A DNA stretch of 64,000 nucleotides from the NCBI GenBank assembly GCA_963840855.1, contig CAWJBB010000041.1, forward strand, positions 1 to 64,000, read 5' to 3'. This stretch comes from an uncultured delta proteobacterium (GTDB taxonomy: Bacteria > Desulfobacterota > Binatia > UBA9968). A program made the position numbers and the translations under genes. Shown here one piece after another: positions 19,959 through 28,367 of the stretch. Below the pieces are notes generated by a model. It saw nothing but the letters and a program-made list of their open reading frames with translations. It had not been told where the DNA came from and searched no databases. Each line of letters begins with the position of its first letter. Within the stretch, counting starts at the first letter, position 1.

Positions 19959-20717
19959 CTATAACTTATTGAGATTCGTCTCCGAGACCAATTTCCAGAG
20001 TCGCGGCGGACTTCCTGAGTCGAGCTCAATTAAATACACGTCGTCATTGGCTTGGTTCATCGATTGTGCCTGCTCAGCCGTCAAGCCCAAAAGTGCCCGG
20101 AGAATCATTCGGTTTGCACCCTGGTGGCCCACAATGAGAATCGCTCCCGCGGCATGTTGGTCTCGGATCGAGTTGATCGTGGAACGAACGCGCTCGAAAA
20201 ACTGGTTTTGAGATTCTCCTCCATCAAGTGCATCGTCGGGATCTTGACCCCGTCTTTTGTACTCTGCGGCCGTCACGGGATCGCTGGCGTCGACCCGGCG
20301 CCCCTCAAATTTTCCCAACTTGCGCTCGCTCAGGCCAGCCAAGCTTTTCAGAGGGGCTTGACCGCGCGCGATCTCAGCCGTCTCTCGACTACGGCTGAGA
20401 GTGCTTGAGTAGACTACGTCGAGCCGAAGACCGTTGAGCCGATCGCGGAGCTTCGCCGCCTGCTGCCGGCCCGTCGCGTTCAGCACCGTGTCGGTTCCCC
20501 CCTGGAGCCGGCGCTCGACGTTCCATTCCGTCTCGCCATGGCGGGCGAGATATATCCTAAGCGTCGCAGCAGACTGACCTGAGACGAGGTGCGCTGCTCC
20601 CGATATCAGAACAAACGAAAGGCAGAGAAGAGATACAGTCAAGCAACGCAATTCCCAAGACCGTGTGCAGCGACGGCTTCGAGCGAACCGCTGTGCGAAA
20701 GATACCGTTTCCCACAT
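19959..20717 (-). CDS. Histidine phosphatase family protein, probably exported; integron cassette-like
   Basis: IYLARHGETEWN, SSTLSRSRETA, GGES, ILIVGHQG; AAGGAGG RBS before ATG 20717; hydrophobic N-terminal segment; bounded by two attC sites. Confidence 0.88.
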   Translation of the reverse strand: MWETVSFAQRFARSRRCTRSWELRCLTVSLLCLSFVLISGAAHLVSGQSAATLRIYLARHGETEWNVERRLQGGTDTVLNATGRQQAAKLRDRLNGLRLDVVYSSTLSRSRETAEIARGQAPLKSLAGLSERKLGKFEGRRVDASDPVTAAEYKRRGQDPDDALDGGESQNQFFERVRSTINSIRDQHAAGAILIVGHQGANRMILRALLGLTAEQAQSMNQANDDVYLIELDSGSPPRLWKLVSETNLNKL

Positions 20718-20797
20718 AAGGCCTCCTTTCGGACTTCGCCTGCCCGAGTGGTAATCTTTACCCCGGCCGTACCTGACGCCCCTTGCTTGGACTTGAC

Positions 20798-20856
20798 GCC
20801 TAACGCTAAGGATGAGCGACGCGTTTTTCCGCGTTCGCTCAATCCTTTTGTTAGGT
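20798..20856 (-). mobile_element. Integron attC site (59-base element)
   Basis: Minus strand ACCTAAC-aaaaggattgagcgaacgcg-gaaaaa-cgcgtcgctcatccttagc-GTTAGGC: 59 bp, R''/R' cores and an imperfect palindrome with extrahelical bases. Confidence 0.85.
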
Positions 20857-20908
20857 GGTTCACGATGCCCACCACGCTGATTCTTCGGCATTGCTTATCC
20901 TCTCGTCT

Positions 20909-21720
20909 TATATAGGCTGTTGATGTAGCCGCTCTGATCCAGCTCTTTGATGAAGCTTACATCGACAAAGTCCTCAGGCTTGGCAGCCTTTGACTTGGGA
21001 TCCGTCTGCGCTAGCGGCTCTAAAATGTTCTTGATCCCTCCAGCGTCGGATATTGTTTTGGGGGAAGTTTTTCGTCAGCACAGTGATGATCATAGATCCT
21101 CTCTAGGATCTTCTTGTCTTGCGAGCCGTGGTATTTCGCCAGTAACTTTTAGTCCAGTCTCCCGGTCCGTCTTCATCCGGTGGACAGCCTCAATCTGAGA
21201 CTTGACATATCTCCTTACGATTTCAGGATTTTCCCGAATGAATCTGCGGGTAGTTGCAACTGACGTGGTTTGGTAAGGCAGGGTCACATGCGCTAGAGCG
21301 TAAAAGCCCTTTTTTCTGGGCCATAAACACGTCAGGTGTGGCGAGCATAGCGGCGTGAACTCTTCCGTTCTCCAACGAACTCAGGCGCTCTGCAAGCTCA
21401 CCGATTTGCAAGATTGCGACATCCTTCACCGGAGTCAGTCCGAGCCTCTTTAGTGCAATGCGAGCGAAAGAATCGGACGTCCCGCCAAAGACGGCAGTGG
21501 CAACAGAGCCTCCTCTGAGCTGTTCAGCGGTTTTAATATTTGGACTCATAAGCCACAATCAGAGGTCGCGACTCCCCAGCAATCATCACCGTATCGGCTC
21601 CCCTGAGACTGGCGCTCAACGATTGACGAGCCACCCACGGACCGACTATTGATACACTGATCCGGCTTTGTTGACAACCACTCTTTCGATGGCTTAGCGT
21701 TGCCATCAAGGGATACGAAA
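20909..21720 (-). pseudogene. NMT1/THI5-like ABC substrate-binding protein remnant
   Basis: Fragments in several frames: IKTAEQLRGG..FGGTSD..ALKRLGLTPVKDVAILQIG; YQTTSVATTRRFIRENPEIVRRYVKS; KPEDFVDVSFIKELDQSGYI. Confidence 0.75.
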
Positions 21721-21789
21721 TTTGACGCCGTTTACTGCCGACAAATAAGTCCAATCATTAAGAGTGCGACATGAGTGATCTTGACGTCA

Positions 21790-21915
21790 CAGTGGAGCAG
21801 CGCTGGTTTGCGCGTATTGATTCTCGCCGCCAAGGCGCTGCAAAAGCGAGGCGAACGCTTGTGCGCCATCAACGTCGCACCGCAGATATACAACGGTTTG
21901 AACCTAGCCGGGTCG
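21790..21915 (+). pseudogene. STAS (anti-sigma-factor antagonist) fragment
   Basis: SSAGLRVLILAAKALQKRGERLCAINVAPQIYNGLNLAG matches the STAS phospho-Ser loop and the following helices. Confidence 0.55.
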
Positions 21916-22489
21916 ATAGTCCCAAACAAAAACAGGCCAACAACACCCGGTCCACCGAACGGCACCCCTTCTTTCTTTTCCCAATCCCAAAATGACCTTG
22001 GCATTTCCCTTCACACCTCCCGATCCTCACTCCTTGGCCAAATATGAAGGCTATTTTTTTCTCTTCCTCTTTCCCCATGTAGAATTTACACAGTGTTCGT
22101 TACATCACCCGTTTCTTTTTTTGTTTGACAATGAGTGCTAAAGTCCGATATTAGTAATTAATCTTTTGGGAAGGAGCAGTGTTATGTTTATCTGTGCTGG
22201 ACTCTCTACAGATCTGACTTGTGAGGAGCAACTTGCTTTGCTGTGCCAGATAATGCAAACAAGCATGGAGAATCGTAGCAATGCGTTACCTCCCCAGGCC
22301 AGGATCGGCCGAAAAGCTGGCGAGCTGCTGAGCCAGAAGAACAAATCTTCAGATTCAATTCGAGCAGAACTGGCTAAGTTTATCAAGAGTGAGATACTCA
22401 ACAAATCTGAGCTGCGTCGACATCGCCGGAAATAGCTGGGACTAGGGTGAGATCGCCGGTCTCCGTCAGTTTTCGCAGAGACGAAACCC

Positions 22490-22712
22490 GTTGCTTGGTG
22501 ATGTGGTATTGGGCACAATCCACCAAGAACGCAGCAGGCTGAGCCCTATTATCGTCGCCATGCGTCTGCAGTGAGTCTTGAGCTTGGAATGCGACCACTG
22601 CGAGCACACTGCGATCTCAGCCTTGGAGGGCTTTACACGCAAATGGATCAAAGTGGAAGGCGCAGAAAGAATTATTGACGGCTATCGATCTATACCGTTC
22701 GATGGATATGAC
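22490..22712 (+). pseudogene. Remnant paralog of the 3' end of the TPR gene at 1-1697
   Basis: DNA aligns by eye with 1424-1645 (agtcttgagcttggaatgcgaccact, gcacactgc, gatctataccg), with several frameshifts. Confidence 0.8.
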
Positions 22713-22784
22713 AGCTTCGTGAGGCAGAGATCGTGCCGGGAAAATTGCTGGCACAATACCGTCAGCGAGCCAAACGGTGGTAAC

Positions 22785-23015
22785 TCATTGATTAATAGAG
22801 AGCCGCTTCAACTTCTTAATCAACCCCTGGCAGCTCAGGCCTAACGTCTGGGCCGCTTTTTGTTTGTTGCCGCCGGTTTTGCGGAGGGCGTCGTCAATCA
22901 TGCGGCGTTCCAGGGAGTCGATGGCTTTGGGTAGGGTTGGCGTGAGGGGTGGTACCGGTGCCGGCTCGTTTGATTCTCGCTCCGCCGGAGCAGGGCTGTC
23001 CAAGTTCCGAATCAT
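22785..23015 (-). pseudogene. Fis-type HTH-only remnant of the sigma-54 activator at 23870-25369
   Basis: Near-identical to the activator C-terminus (AIDSLERRMI..GNKQKAAQ.LGLS.QGLIKKLKRL) and fused directly to a copy of that gene's upstream DNA. Confidence 0.85.
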
Positions 23016-23220
23016 CTACATCCGCAAAATCACTATCAACGCGGTGTACGAAACGTTAACTCCGTTGCTGCGCCAAATCATAAAAAGTTAGTTTCCCGGC
23101 GAGTCGCGCCCTTCTCGAGATTGCAGCTGCGTTTCCCCTCTGGGCAAAAAACTGTGCGTATTGAAGGCTTGGCGCAAGGTTTCTTGGATTGGACCGCCGT
23201 TAAGCAACGACGGCGGGTTT

Positions 23221-23236
23221 TGGCACGTCCTATGCA
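23221..23236 (+). promoter_or_regulatory. Sigma-54 -24/-12 promoter
   Basis: TGGCAC-gtcct-ATGCA, about 50 bp upstream of the ATG at 23285. Confidence 0.8.
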
Positions 23237-23284
23237 CAACGGTCGGTCAGGTAGTGAAAACAAAAAAGAAAAGGGACGAAAGCC

Positions 23285-23584
23285 ATGAAAAAGCCGATAT
23301 CACTTCTGTCCAATCTGTTTTTGTCTTCGACTTTGCTCTGGTGCGCGCCGACAGTGGGAGCGGCCGAGCTTGTCGTCAGAGAGGCTGCGAGTCTGAGCTT
23401 ATACTGCCACATGCAGGTCCCAGAGATTCGCACCGATATCCTGTCTTGGGACCGGCGGGTGCTCGATGAAACTACCGGGTACGGTATCGACTTCGATGGG
23501 CCATGCGATCACGATCTCAACGAAGGCGACGAGATCAAGATTCAGCGCCAAACCACGCTGGAGAGTTACCACCGGGGTCGCTAG
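23285..23584 (+). CDS. Small secreted two-cysteine protein, paralog 1
   Basis: Signal peptide MKKPISLLSNLFLSSTLLWCAPTVGA; YCHMQVPEIRTDIL..IDFDGPCDHD; clear paralog at 25656. Confidence 0.8.
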   Translation: MKKPISLLSNLFLSSTLLWCAPTVGAAELVVREAASLSLYCHMQVPEIRTDILSWDRRVLDETTGYGIDFDGPCDHDLNEGDEIKIQRQTTLESYHRGR

Positions 23585-23869
23585 CATGTGATGAACAGGA
23601 GTTGAGAAACACCCTGGGGGCAAGAAAAGTCTACTCCATAGAGCCGCCCCGAAAACTTAGACCGTGAAGAGTGCGAGGGGGAGGCGAGTTAGTATGAACG
23701 GAAAGCTTAGGTGGGACGCTACAGGGGGGTGAAATGTTTCCCCTCGGCCGTTTGCGGCTCAACTTCGAGCACATCTCCTGTGGCATGATAACTAGCCCTT
23801 GCTAAAACCTGACCAACGGTTTATTAGGGGCGGGCAAATTCCTAAAGCTTAACCAACAAAGAACGATTT

Positions 23870-25369
23870 CTACAATCCCAACCTCTTCAACTTCTTAATC
23901 AATCCCTGGCGGCTCAGGCCTAAGGCCTGGGCCGCTTTTTGTTTGTTGCCGGCGGATTTGCGCAGGGCTTCTTCAATCATGCGGCGTTCCAGGGAGTCGA
24001 TGGCTTCAGGTAGGGTTCGCGTGGGAGGCGGCACTGGTGCCGGCTCCTTTGATTCTTGCTCCGCCGGAGCAGGTGTGTCCAAGTTGCGAATCGTCGGGTC
24101 CAGATGCTCTTCTTTTATCGATGTGCCCCGCACGAAAGCGATTAGCCGTTTGACCTCGTTCTCCAATTGCCGGTTGTTGCCCGGCCACGCATAGCCCATC
24201 AGGCATTGCAGCGCTGCGGGCGTGAAGCTTTTTAGATCGACGTTCATGTCCTGGCAGTGTTTTTCCAGGAAATGGTTCGCCAGTAACGGAATATCCTCAG
24301 TGATTTCCCGCAGCGGCGGCGTTTGAACCCGAATGACTTTAACCCGGTAATATAAGTCCTCGCGAAACTGTTTTTCACGGATAGCGCCGAGTAGGTCGCG
24401 GTTGGTGGCGGCGATGATCCTGATGTCGATGGGGATCGGTTTGGTGTTACCGACGCGGTCGACGGCCCGCTCTTGCAGGGCGCGCAGGAGTTTGGCCTGG
24501 GCGGTAAGGCTAAGGTCGCCGATTTCGTCGAGAAACAGGGTGCCGCGATTGGCCGCCTCAAATTTGCCTGTGCGTCGCTCGACGCCGGTAGCAACCCCCC
24601 TTTCGATGCCGAAAAGTTCCGCTTCGACGAGATTGTCGGGCAAGGCGGCACAGTTGAGTGCGACAAACGGCCCATTGGCCCGCGGGCTGTTGTAATGTAA
24701 CGCTCGAGCCACCAGTTCCTTCCCCGTTCCACTTTCGCCCTGGATAAGGACGTCCACCGAGCAATCGCGAATCTGGTCGATGAGCCTGATGATGGATTCC
24801 ACCTTATGGCTCATGCCGACAATTTTCTGGGTGGAAAATCCTTCACCGGGTCGCTCGAACGTGTGAATCACGCCCCCCGGTTTTTTGAACGAAATGCCCT
24901 CGAGCGTCTTTGCGATGGGCGTCACCAGGGTTTGCATGGCTTCGGCGTCTGCGCTCGTGAAACGCCCCTTGTATTTGTTTACCGCCTCACCGACGGCCAT
25001 CACTTCTCCGCGGGAGTTTCTTAACGGGACGGCGAGCAGCGTGCGCGTGCGGTAACCGGTTTCCAGGTCGACTTCTTTGTAAAACAGCGGGTGCTCATAG
25101 GCATCCTCCACGTTCACCACTTCCCCCGTCATCGCCACGTGACCGGCGATGCCTAGACGCGCGTCCAAACACATCGTCTTCTTTTCCTGGGAGACTACCG
25201 ACCAGAGCTCACAATTTTCACGGTCGAATAAAAAAACGCTGACGCGATCCGCTTTCAATCGGTCTTTGATTTCAGCGGTGATCTCGCTGAGAATCGCGTG
25301 CAACCGATCTGAAACGACGCCTTCGATTTGCCGAGTTGAGGGATGCTCCGTGGTGCTTTCCTCTGCCAT
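23870..25369 (-). CDS. GAF-domain sigma-54 enhancer-binding protein
   Basis: GAF (GIAGHVAMTGEVVNVEDAY..GYRTRTLLAVPL), Walker A GESGTGKE, GVATGV loop, Walker B FLDEIG, WPGNNRQL, Fis HTH. Confidence 0.93.
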   Translation of the reverse strand: MAEESTTEHPSTRQIEGVVSDRLHAILSEITAEIKDRLKADRVSVFLFDRENCELWSVVSQEKKTMCLDARLGIAGHVAMTGEVVNVEDAYEHPLFYKEVDLETGYRTRTLLAVPLRNSRGEVMAVGEAVNKYKGRFTSADAEAMQTLVTPIAKTLEGISFKKPGGVIHTFERPGEGFSTQKIVGMSHKVESIIRLIDQIRDCSVDVLIQGESGTGKELVARALHYNSPRANGPFVALNCAALPDNLVEAELFGIERGVATGVERRTGKFEAANRGTLFLDEIGDLSLTAQAKLLRALQERAVDRVGNTKPIPIDIRIIAATNRDLLGAIREKQFREDLYYRVKVIRVQTPPLREITEDIPLLANHFLEKHCQDMNVDLKSFTPAALQCLMGYAWPGNNRQLENEVKRLIAFVRGTSIKEEHLDPTIRNLDTPAPAEQESKEPAPVPPPTRTLPEAIDSLERRMIEEALRKSAGNKQKAAQALGLSRQGLIKKLKRLGL

Positions 25370-25590
25370 TGGCCCTCCCTAACACATCCGCAAAATCACT
25401 GTCAACGACGTAGACGCTACGTTAACCGAGTTCCCGCCTAAAAACACTATCGAGGGGTTGTCGCGGCTCGCCAGGTTTCACTCGAGCCCTGGGGGGCCTG
25501 GGTTCCGTCCGGCGGAAAAACCACGCGTATTGAAGGGCTTAGCGCGAGTTTTCTCGGACCTGACCGCCGTTGAGCAGGGACGGCGGGTTT

Positions 25591-25606
25591 TGGCACATCC
25601 TATGCA
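25591..25606 (+). promoter_or_regulatory. Sigma-54 -24/-12 promoter
   Basis: TGGCAC-atcct-ATGCA, divergent from the GAF activator gene. Confidence 0.8.
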
Positions 25607-25655
25607 CAGCAGTCGAGTCAGGTAGTGAAAACGCAAAGGAAAGGAGGTGAAAAAA

Positions 25656-25958
25656 ATGAAAAAGACCATATCACTATTGTCCAACATGTTCTTGGCATCG
25701 ACTTTGTTTTGGGGTGTGCCCACATTGGGAGCGGACGAGTCGGTGATCAAGGAAGCTGCCGATCTGAGCACCTATTGCCACATGAAGTTTCCGCCGATAC
25801 GCGAAGACACTCTTTTTTGGGCGCAGCCGGTGCTCGATGTGACGGCCGGTAACGTCATCGACTTCTACGGGCCATGCGATCACGACCCCACGGGAGCCGA
25901 AGAGGTCAGAATTCAGCGACGGATGTTGCGGGGAAATTATTCCGGAGATGGGGATTGA
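25656..25958 (+). CDS. Small secreted two-cysteine protein, paralog 2
   Basis: AGGAGGT RBS; signal peptide; YCHMKFPPIREDTL..VIDFYGPCDHDPTGAEEVRIQR. Confidence 0.85.
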   Translation: MKKTISLLSNMFLASTLFWGVPTLGADESVIKEAADLSTYCHMKFPPIREDTLFWAQPVLDVTAGNVIDFYGPCDHDPTGAEEVRIQRRMLRGNYSGDGD

Positions 25959-25979
25959 TAACGTTCAGAAATTGAGACG

Positions 25980-26015
25980 CGGTCTCGGGGGAGGGCAAGC
26001 TCTCCCCCAAGACCG
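25980..26015 (+). terminator. Strong hairpin after the small-protein gene (terminator or stabiliser)
   Basis: cggtctcgggggagg-gcaa-gctctcccccaagaccg inverted repeat; no clear poly-U tail. Confidence 0.5.
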
Positions 26016-26057
26016 AGCTGGCCGATCTGGAGGAGGACGGTCGAAAAGGAGGCTTTT

Positions 26058-26249
26058 ATGAATCCGGGAGATGCACTTAAAACGATCGGACCCATTCGGT
26101 CGCAAAAAACCGGACTTATTTTGCCACGCGAAGGCAAGTTTGTGGGAGCCATTGAAAATCTGGGCCGGACGCTCATCCTGGTCAATTTCGGGAATGCAGG
26201 TGATGAATACCTGTTCCCAAATGAAGTGCTGCCCGAGACCGTTCATTAG
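26058..26249 (+). CDS. Small hypothetical protein (63 aa, beta-rich)
   Basis: AGGAGG RBS plus ATG; protein-like composition (ENLGRTLILVNF..EYLFPNEV). Confidence 0.7.
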   Translation: MNPGDALKTIGPIRSQKTGLILPREGKFVGAIENLGRTLILVNFGNAGDEYLFPNEVLPETVH

Positions 26250-26257
26250 AAGAAAGG

Positions 26258-27106
26258 ATGGCTGCTAACATGTTACGAGTCTTGTGTCTAACTGTTTCGC
26301 TCTGCCTATCGGGCGTATTTGGAAACCGAGCCAATGGGGCTGGCGATGACTGGCTTACAGCGAGCACAACAATGGTCGCTGATCGCAATGACGCGCAGTC
26401 CGGCAAGCGGCTCTCTCGTCCTTTGAATCCCGCCGCTTGCTTCAGTGGCAGCTCGGAATTTGTCGCCTCGTGGCAGGGTAAAAAGTTTTCGGCTCCCTGC
26501 CGGTTTATTTATGAAACCATCGCGCAATTGCGAGCGGTATCTCAACTGGGCGCGTCAAAGCTTACGTTCCCGGTGCGTACGGATCACGTTCACCTGGCTG
26601 TCCCTTCGGAGCTTTGGGAAGAAAAGTACCACAAGTTGCCGAAAGATGAGATCTTGTCCGCGGTTCTGCGGGAATCACGCCTAGTGGCGGTCTATCACGC
26701 CACTGACGGCCTCACGCTGGTTGATTCGAAGGGAGCAGGAGCCGATCCGAATAAGAGGCAGCCATACGATAATCGACAAGTCCTCGGCTATTACGATGGA
26801 CGAGTCATTGAAATTCTGCCTGCTCGCGCAAACGTCTTAGCGCATCGGTATCGGTCCGTCGCATGGTTCTATTTTTTGCCGCACCGATTGGACGGACTGA
26901 CTGGTTTATCCAGTAGTGACGCGGTTACTTTTGATATTTCGTTCGACCATGACCTCGCCACCGCATGCTCGTCTTCGGATCGGATGGAGAGCGGGAATTT
27001 CCGAATCAAAATGGACGAGCCGGATCACACTCAGGAGTGTGGCGAATTGTCATTTGAGACGGTGACCGATACTGTTTTTGGAGCAGTCGACCGGAAGAAC
27101 CGTTAA
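26258..27106 (+). CDS. Hypothetical exported protein
   Basis: 282-aa ORF 8 bp after the previous stop; N-terminal hydrophobic signal; DHVHL motif. Confidence 0.7.
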   Translation: MAANMLRVLCLTVSLCLSGVFGNRANGAGDDWLTASTTMVADRNDAQSGKRLSRPLNPAACFSGSSEFVASWQGKKFSAPCRFIYETIAQLRAVSQLGASKLTFPVRTDHVHLAVPSELWEEKYHKLPKDEILSAVLRESRLVAVYHATDGLTLVDSKGAGADPNKRQPYDNRQVLGYYDGRVIEILPARANVLAHRYRSVAWFYFLPHRLDGLTGLSSSDAVTFDISFDHDLATACSSSDRMESGNFRIKMDEPDHTQECGELSFETVTDTVFGAVDRKNR

Positions 27107-27467
27107 TTGGCCAGATACCAGAGCGGGCGACAGGCTTGCATTGGAGCGCAATGACTGCAGTCCGCTCGATGGAAACGATCGAACCCCCAAGACACTGCCG
27201 ACAAACAGGCTTCGACCAAGAGCTTAGGCAAGCGGATTGGTCGCCGGGCGCTTTTAGACTTCGGTGTGCGCTTCTCGCGTTAACTTCCTGGTGATCGCCC
27301 CGTGTTGACGCTGGACCGCAATCAATAGTATATACGACGTAACAAAAGCATACGCTGCGCACGCAGGGCAGAGTTGCTACTGAAAACATTTTTTACCAAT
27401 TCTTTGCAGTCAGATTTCTGCGAAGAATTCGCATGCGCCTTTAAACTGGTTTTCGCATATGAGTTCT

Positions 27468-27483
27468 TGGTATGCGTATTGCA
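27468..27483 (+). promoter_or_regulatory. Sigma-54 -24/-12 promoter
   Basis: TGGTAT-gcgta-TTGCA. Confidence 0.65.
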
Positions 27484-27628
27484 CGTAAAATCGGTCGACG
27501 GGTTGCTGATCGGACTGGAATCAATCGATTGAGACCTGATAACTCCAAGCATTTCACGGTTCCGAATTTCACCACGAGTGCCACCTTTGTGCCACACATA
27601 ACTCAAGCGAATTACAACGGAGAGAGCA

Positions 27629-28038
27629 ACGGCAGCACACAGCTATTGGTCGTGCTCCAGTGCGAAGATCGGTTTGAGGACTTACTGCCGTGCATTCAAG
27701 TGCTTGCGAGTGGTGCGAGCGAAGCGGTGGTCTTGTTGCATCAAGAGCTCAGACACGGTGGCGTATCGCGTAAACGGACCGATACACAACTTTTCGATTG
27801 CAACGCGCCGCTTCCGCCGAGTCTCGAAGTTGAGGCAAAACAGGTTCAGTGTATCCGTGAAACTTTCCGCTCCCATGGCCTAGACGCGCGGGTGATCTTT
27901 TCCCTGGGCCATTTGACCGACGCGATCGAGTGTTGCATACGCGATAGCAGCGCAACCGGTTTTACCATCGTGACGCCGACTGACTACTGGTTTGTGAATC
28001 GTTCAAGCCGCGACAACGAGCGAAGGGAGACTATTTGA
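27629..28038 (+). pseudogene. Hypothetical universal-stress-protein-like gene with damaged start
   Basis: QLLVVLQCEDRFEDLLPCIQ...ETFRSHGLDARV..GHLTDAI suggests a USP-like pattern. The GGAGAG RBS is followed by ACG rather than ATG, and the listed ATG 27472 lies inside the promoter. Confidence 0.4.
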
Positions 28039-28166
28039 TGAAGGTCGGGTGGCCGTACCACTTCGCGGTCATTCTGGTGTTTTGAGCTGGCAAGCTCGAT
28101 CCACGGTTGGTCTCATTCACGCAATAGATTTAGAATCTAGACATCTCCGTTAGTATAACTACTCAC

Positions 28167-28186
28167 TGTATCCTTTCTAATACACT
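28167..28186. promoter_or_regulatory. Putative enhancer (UAS) TGTATCC-N6-ATACACT, copy 1
   Basis: Same arms and spacing as 34056-34075; an extra TGTATCC half-site at 28188; 125 bp upstream of a sigma-54 promoter. Confidence 0.6.
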
Positions 28187-28310
28187 CTGTATCCAATTGT
28201 GAACGCTGCAGGTTGGTCGGGTTCGGCTGATCGGCCCGCCCGCGCGCAGATTCAATAGCGTTTTTGCTGCAACTCGCTACTCTACATGGCTCGGACTACA
28301 AGCATGGTGG

Positions 28311-28326
28311 TGGCGTAAAGGTTGCT
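28311..28326 (+). promoter_or_regulatory. Sigma-54 -24/-12 promoter
   Basis: TGGCGT-aaagg-TTGCT upstream of the DUF1329 operon. Confidence 0.7.
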
Positions 28327-28367
28327 ATGCATAAATATCTTACGATAGGTCTGGGCATAGATTCTGA

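Noticed and set aside
20718-20891. N-terminal extension of the histidine phosphatase ORF
   Set aside because: It reads through the attC site (PNKRIERTRKNASLILSVRR); the RBS supports ATG 20717.
23285-25958. Small two-Cys proteins as RiPP precursors or c-type cytochromes
   Set aside because: They have Sec-type signal peptides, no adjacent modifying enzymes and no CxxCH motif (YCH and CDH only).
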